From assembly GCA_964016885.1 (NCBI GenBank), contig OZ024742.1, positions 181,164,001 through 181,228,000 on the forward strand: DNA of 64,000 nt, in the 5' to 3' direction. Positions within the stretch are counted from its first letter, which is position 1. Each line of letters opens with the position of its first letter. Shown one piece after another: positions 60,135-64,000 of this stretch. This DNA is from Eledone cirrhosa (taxonomy: Eukaryota). Position numbers and translations under genes: made by a program. The notes beneath the pieces were generated by a model. The model was not told where the DNA came from. It saw only the letters and a list, made by a program, of their open reading frames with translations, and did not search any database.

Positions 60135-60324
60135 AGCGGTGAATTGGCAGTATCGGTAGAAGGCTGGACGCCATGCTTTCTAGCATAGTTACGTCCCTTT
60201 ACAGTCCGAGTTCAAATCCCGCCGAGGTTAACTTTGCCTTTCATTCTTACGGGGTTGATAAAATAAAGTACCAGTAATGTACTGGGTAATTGCTGGCCTT
60301 GTGCCTAAAGTAGAAACAATTATT
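60135..60324 (+). mobile_element. MetaSINE-like SINE
   Basis: A and B boxes, central GCCTTTCAT..GGGGTTGATAAAATAAAGTACC, ATT tail. Confidence 0.85.
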
Positions 60325-60955
60325 ACAACATTGTATATTCATAAATGACACTGTTGCTATTGTTAGGTTGTTTCTGAATTGGTTGAATGGATATCTAGCA
60401 AAGATTAAGTCACGCCACCTTTCTAAAAAATTATTCAACTGAGAAACACAAACACACACACATATATCATATATATATATATATTTACATACATCCACAC
60501 ACATACACACATAATACATACACACGTTAACTGATGATGATGATATAGATCTCTTCAGTTGTTCTAACAAGAATCTGGTTTCTTTTTAACTTCAGTTCAA
60601 ATATCTGATAGAAGGTATTTTTAGTTTTAATCAGATATGTGTTTGATATGCTTCCTTATTAATAAAAATCATGTGTCATAGAAGATAATGATAGGATATA
60701 CACATGAATACACACACACTCTTCTGTATGTATATATGTATAAATATTTTGTATTCATATTTTTGTACTGGTGCTTCAACAAACAAGTAACCACTATACC
60801 CTCTAAGGTCGTCATGCTGGAGCCTTGATAAAAAGCAGTCTACCTCATAAGGGTGCCATCGCAAAAAGCACCCAGTCTACCCTGTATGATCGAAGAACTA
60901 GTCCCACAAAAAGGCTCCCAATACATTCTTTAAAGTGGTCATTATTAGAAAGGGC

Positions 60956-61480
60956 ATGGCCGATTGGCAGTATCGGTAGAGGGTCAGACACCATGCTTTG
61001 CAGCATAGAGTTATGGCTCTTTACAGCCTGAGTTCAAATCCCGCCGAGGTTAACTTTGCCTTTCATCCTTACGGAGTCGATAAAATAAAGCAGTAGAAAT
61101 GCACTGGAATAATTGCTGGCCTTGTGCCAAATGTAGCAACAATTATAAGAAAGGGCTGTGGAATACCAAGCCAAAAACAGAACATAACCAAAACAGTCAC
61201 CTGACCTGTCTTGCCCCATAACATGACAGTTCATCTAATCCTTGCATGCATGGAAAAGTTAACCGCTGCAGGATTTGAACTGACAGTTTAATAATTGTTT
61301 CTACTTTTGGTACAAGGCCAGCAATTAACCAGTACATTACTGGTACTTTATTTTATCGACCCCGTAAGGATGACAGGCAAAGTTAACCTCGGCGGGATTT
61401 GAACTCAGATCATAAAGAGACGTAACTCTATGCTTCAAAGCATGGTGTCCGACTCTCTACCGATACTGCCAATCCACCGC
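60956..61480. mobile_element. Tail-to-tail pair of MetaSINE-like SINEs (60956-61146 +, 61293-61480 -)
   Basis: Two full copies in opposite orientation about 150 bp apart. Confidence 0.85.
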
Positions 61481-61541
61481 AGTTTAATAATGAAAGTTAG
61501 TTATATAATTAACTCCCTTCCAAATCTTGATTATTTTTTAA

Positions 61542-61763
61542 CCCTTTAAGCATTTACATTACTCCATATATACTATTGTATTTTTGTGGTAAACACTTTA
61601 TCTCACATAATTATCTCACATAATATCAAATCTATGTGATTTTGAGATTATTTATTTTGAGAACAATACCTTAACATCAATATGAATGGCCAGTTACAGC
61701 CAGTTTGAACAGAAAGAGGTGAGAGAATTCTGGCTGGTTACACCCGGTTTAAATGCTAAAGGG
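61542..61763. mobile_element. piggyBac-type MITE
   Basis: TTAA|CCCTTTAAGCATTTA...TAAATGCTAAAGGG|TTAA. Confidence 0.8.
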
Positions 61764-62599
61764 TTAAATAATTTGAAATTCATAGGCAATGTCTTTCATG
61801 AGAAATGTGATAATAAAATGGTAAAATACGATCATCACCAGTATAGCAGACTCATTGCAAGAGTAGTAAGAACATCAGGAACTGTTGCCATACATAAAAT
61901 AACAAATAAAAACATTATTTCTGATATATACATTAAAAATCAATAAGCAACATTTACTAATTACTCAGTGTTTATTTAACATGAGAATTAGGATGTTACT
62001 TATTAGACACTAGATTTGCTATTTTATTGTTTTACTGATTTATGTCTTTCACTGGACTATGGCTATACTGGGGCACAGATTTTAGAGTGTCATCTTGATT
62101 GTATTGATCTCTTTACTTTGTCTAATACATGTTTTGACTGAGTGCAATGACAGAACAAGAAAAAATGTTTATCTGGAGGTAAAGGCATCTGACTAAATAA
62201 CACAAGTCAATATTGTTTCATGCGCCACCAATTATTTCCTCCCGAGGTTAACTTTGCCGTTTATCCTTACGGGGTCAATAAAATAAAGCACCGTAATGGA
62301 CTGGGATAATTTCTGGCCTTGTTCTAAATGTAGAAACAATTATATACTTATGTGTGCAGGTGGCTGGCCCAGTGGTTTGAGTTTTGAACTCACACTCATA
62401 AGGTTGTGGGTTTGATTCCTGAACCAAGTAGTGTTTCACATCCCTTTTCATGATAAGACTGAGGCCTCCTATTATTAAAACATCCAAAAAAACCTCCAAT
62501 GGGACGCAGCCTTATAGGAGGCCAGATACACATGCATATAGATGTAATCTATAAATTTCATTTCACTTTTATTGTATACATACATGTATACCACAACTG

Positions 62600-62990
62600 A
62601 TTATGAACGCTGAAATGAGTGGAGGAGGATTGTGGACATCTGCTACAGCAGTCAAATGGAGATTTATATGATGGAACTCAGATCAACACAGAAAAATCAA
62701 AATATCACTCTTCAGAACATCTGTTGAGTCAGTGTTGTTGTATGGATCAGGTACATGGACCTTGACACAAGCACTTGAAAAGAAACTAGACAATGTATAC
62801 ACTAAATTCTTAGGGTTGCTCTAAACATAAACTGGCATCAATGTATTACAAATGAAACTTTATACAGAAGCCTGCCCAAAATAATGACTACTATTGCTCA
62901 AAGAAGGTTACAATTTACAGGACATTGCTGAAGAAATAAACAGGAAGTTATACACAAGCTACTATTGTGGGAAACAACTTACATGAAAGG
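62600..62990 (+). mobile_element. RTE-related LINE post-RT fragment
   Basis: KISLFRTSVESVLLYGSGTWTLT..EKKLD; ALNINW..ITNETLY..IAQRRLQFTGHC. Confidence 0.75.
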
Positions 62991-62998
62991 CAGTAGAG

Positions 62999-63120
62999 CA
63001 GAGGTTCTCAAACTTTTAGGGCCACTTCGCCCCACATGGCCACATAATACCCTCAGTGCCCCCACCCCTATTTTCAAAGAGACCTGCCAACACACAAATT
63101 GTAAATGATATATAAATAAA
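62999..63120 (+). mobile_element. Left end of a second hAT/Charlie-like element; right end not seen
   Basis: CAGAGGTTCTCAAAC terminus preceded by CAGTAGAG (NNNTANNN target); it truncates the LINE fragment. Confidence 0.5.
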
Positions 63121-63199
63121 ATCGTTAATTCAGCTATATATAATATGAAAGAGACGTTTATTGGTTGGTTGCACGAAAACTACACACAAACACATATCT

Positions 63200-63385
63200 A
63201 AAGAGAGAGAGACACACAGAGGGAGAGACAGAGAGAGATATACAATTAAAGTGTTAGATATTCTGAGAGAGAGAGAGAGATAAGGATAGAGAGAGAGCGA
63301 CAGAGAGAGAGAGATAAGGATAGAGAGAGAGCGACAGAGAGAGAGAGAAGGAGAGAGAGAGGAGAGAGAGAACGAGAGAGAGAGT
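63200..63385. repeat. Compound (GA)n microsatellite with a ~33-bp internal duplication
   Basis: GAGATAAGGATAGAGAGAGAGCGACAGAGAGAG occurs twice. Confidence 0.85.
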
Positions 63386-64000
63386 GACGTCCCACTATAG
63401 TCATTGATTTTACAGAACAAAGAAAAAATTGATACTATTTGAAATTAATCTATGGTGTATATTAAGTTAGCTTTTTGAGGATAGCCTCATGTTATTATTG
63501 ACTTAATTCGGATAATAGTGTCAAAGTATTCTCCGAGGCTGCTATATGCGTTTATTCCTATGTTGTTTTTTTTTTGTATTGCTTTATATTATTTTTTTCA
63601 CGATATTTCCAAAAAAATTAATTTCATCATGTCACCATCTGGGGGAAGGGAGTTATAATGTCCATCAAACAGTTGAAATCTTCAAACGAAAGAGAAACTC
63701 ACGAACAATATAAAAGCGACTTGGAAATAAAGGGGCAAGTAAACATTGTGACATTCAGCAGAATATGAGACGGGAAACAGAAAGGTTAAGACAAGAAACA
63801 ATCGCAATGAGACAGGAAACAAAAAGATTAAGGCAAGAAGAAAGACTATCACAACAAACAGAGGTTCAATATGAAAATCATTAAAAGGCAACGAGAGTTG
63901 CGATGCAAACTCGACGAGCACAAACGACTCTTCAAGGCAGAATAAAATGGCTAAGAGCTGCCTTTTCATACGATCCTTCGAAGAATTAAAGAAATGGTCC

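Overview
AT-rich, repeat-saturated eukaryotic DNA with no recognisable host gene. The tRNA-derived SINE types, (TA)n/(CAT)n/(AAT)n microsatellites and LINE mix suggest an octopus or other coleoid cephalopod genome (inference). The window holds a ~13 kb (CCACCAACAACAA)n satellite with higher-order block duplications, a near full-length Tx1/L1-clade LINE, an RTE LINE split by a hAT transposon, a 5'-inverted RTE copy with an 11-bp TSD, a deleted Gypsy element, CRE, Penelope and mariner remnants, MITEs and many SINEs. The most notable hidden signal is a set of at least five sequence-unrelated families of minimal type I hammerhead ribozymes plus one half-ribozyme family. All have a palindromic stem III, most sit in or beside (TA)n tracts, and they occur as tandem 485-bp units, fold-backs or hairpin-capped stubs; one cluster abuts a Penelope GIY-YIG remnant. 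Almost all ORFs in the supplied track are repeat artefacts or transposon fragments. All alignments and folds were read by eye.
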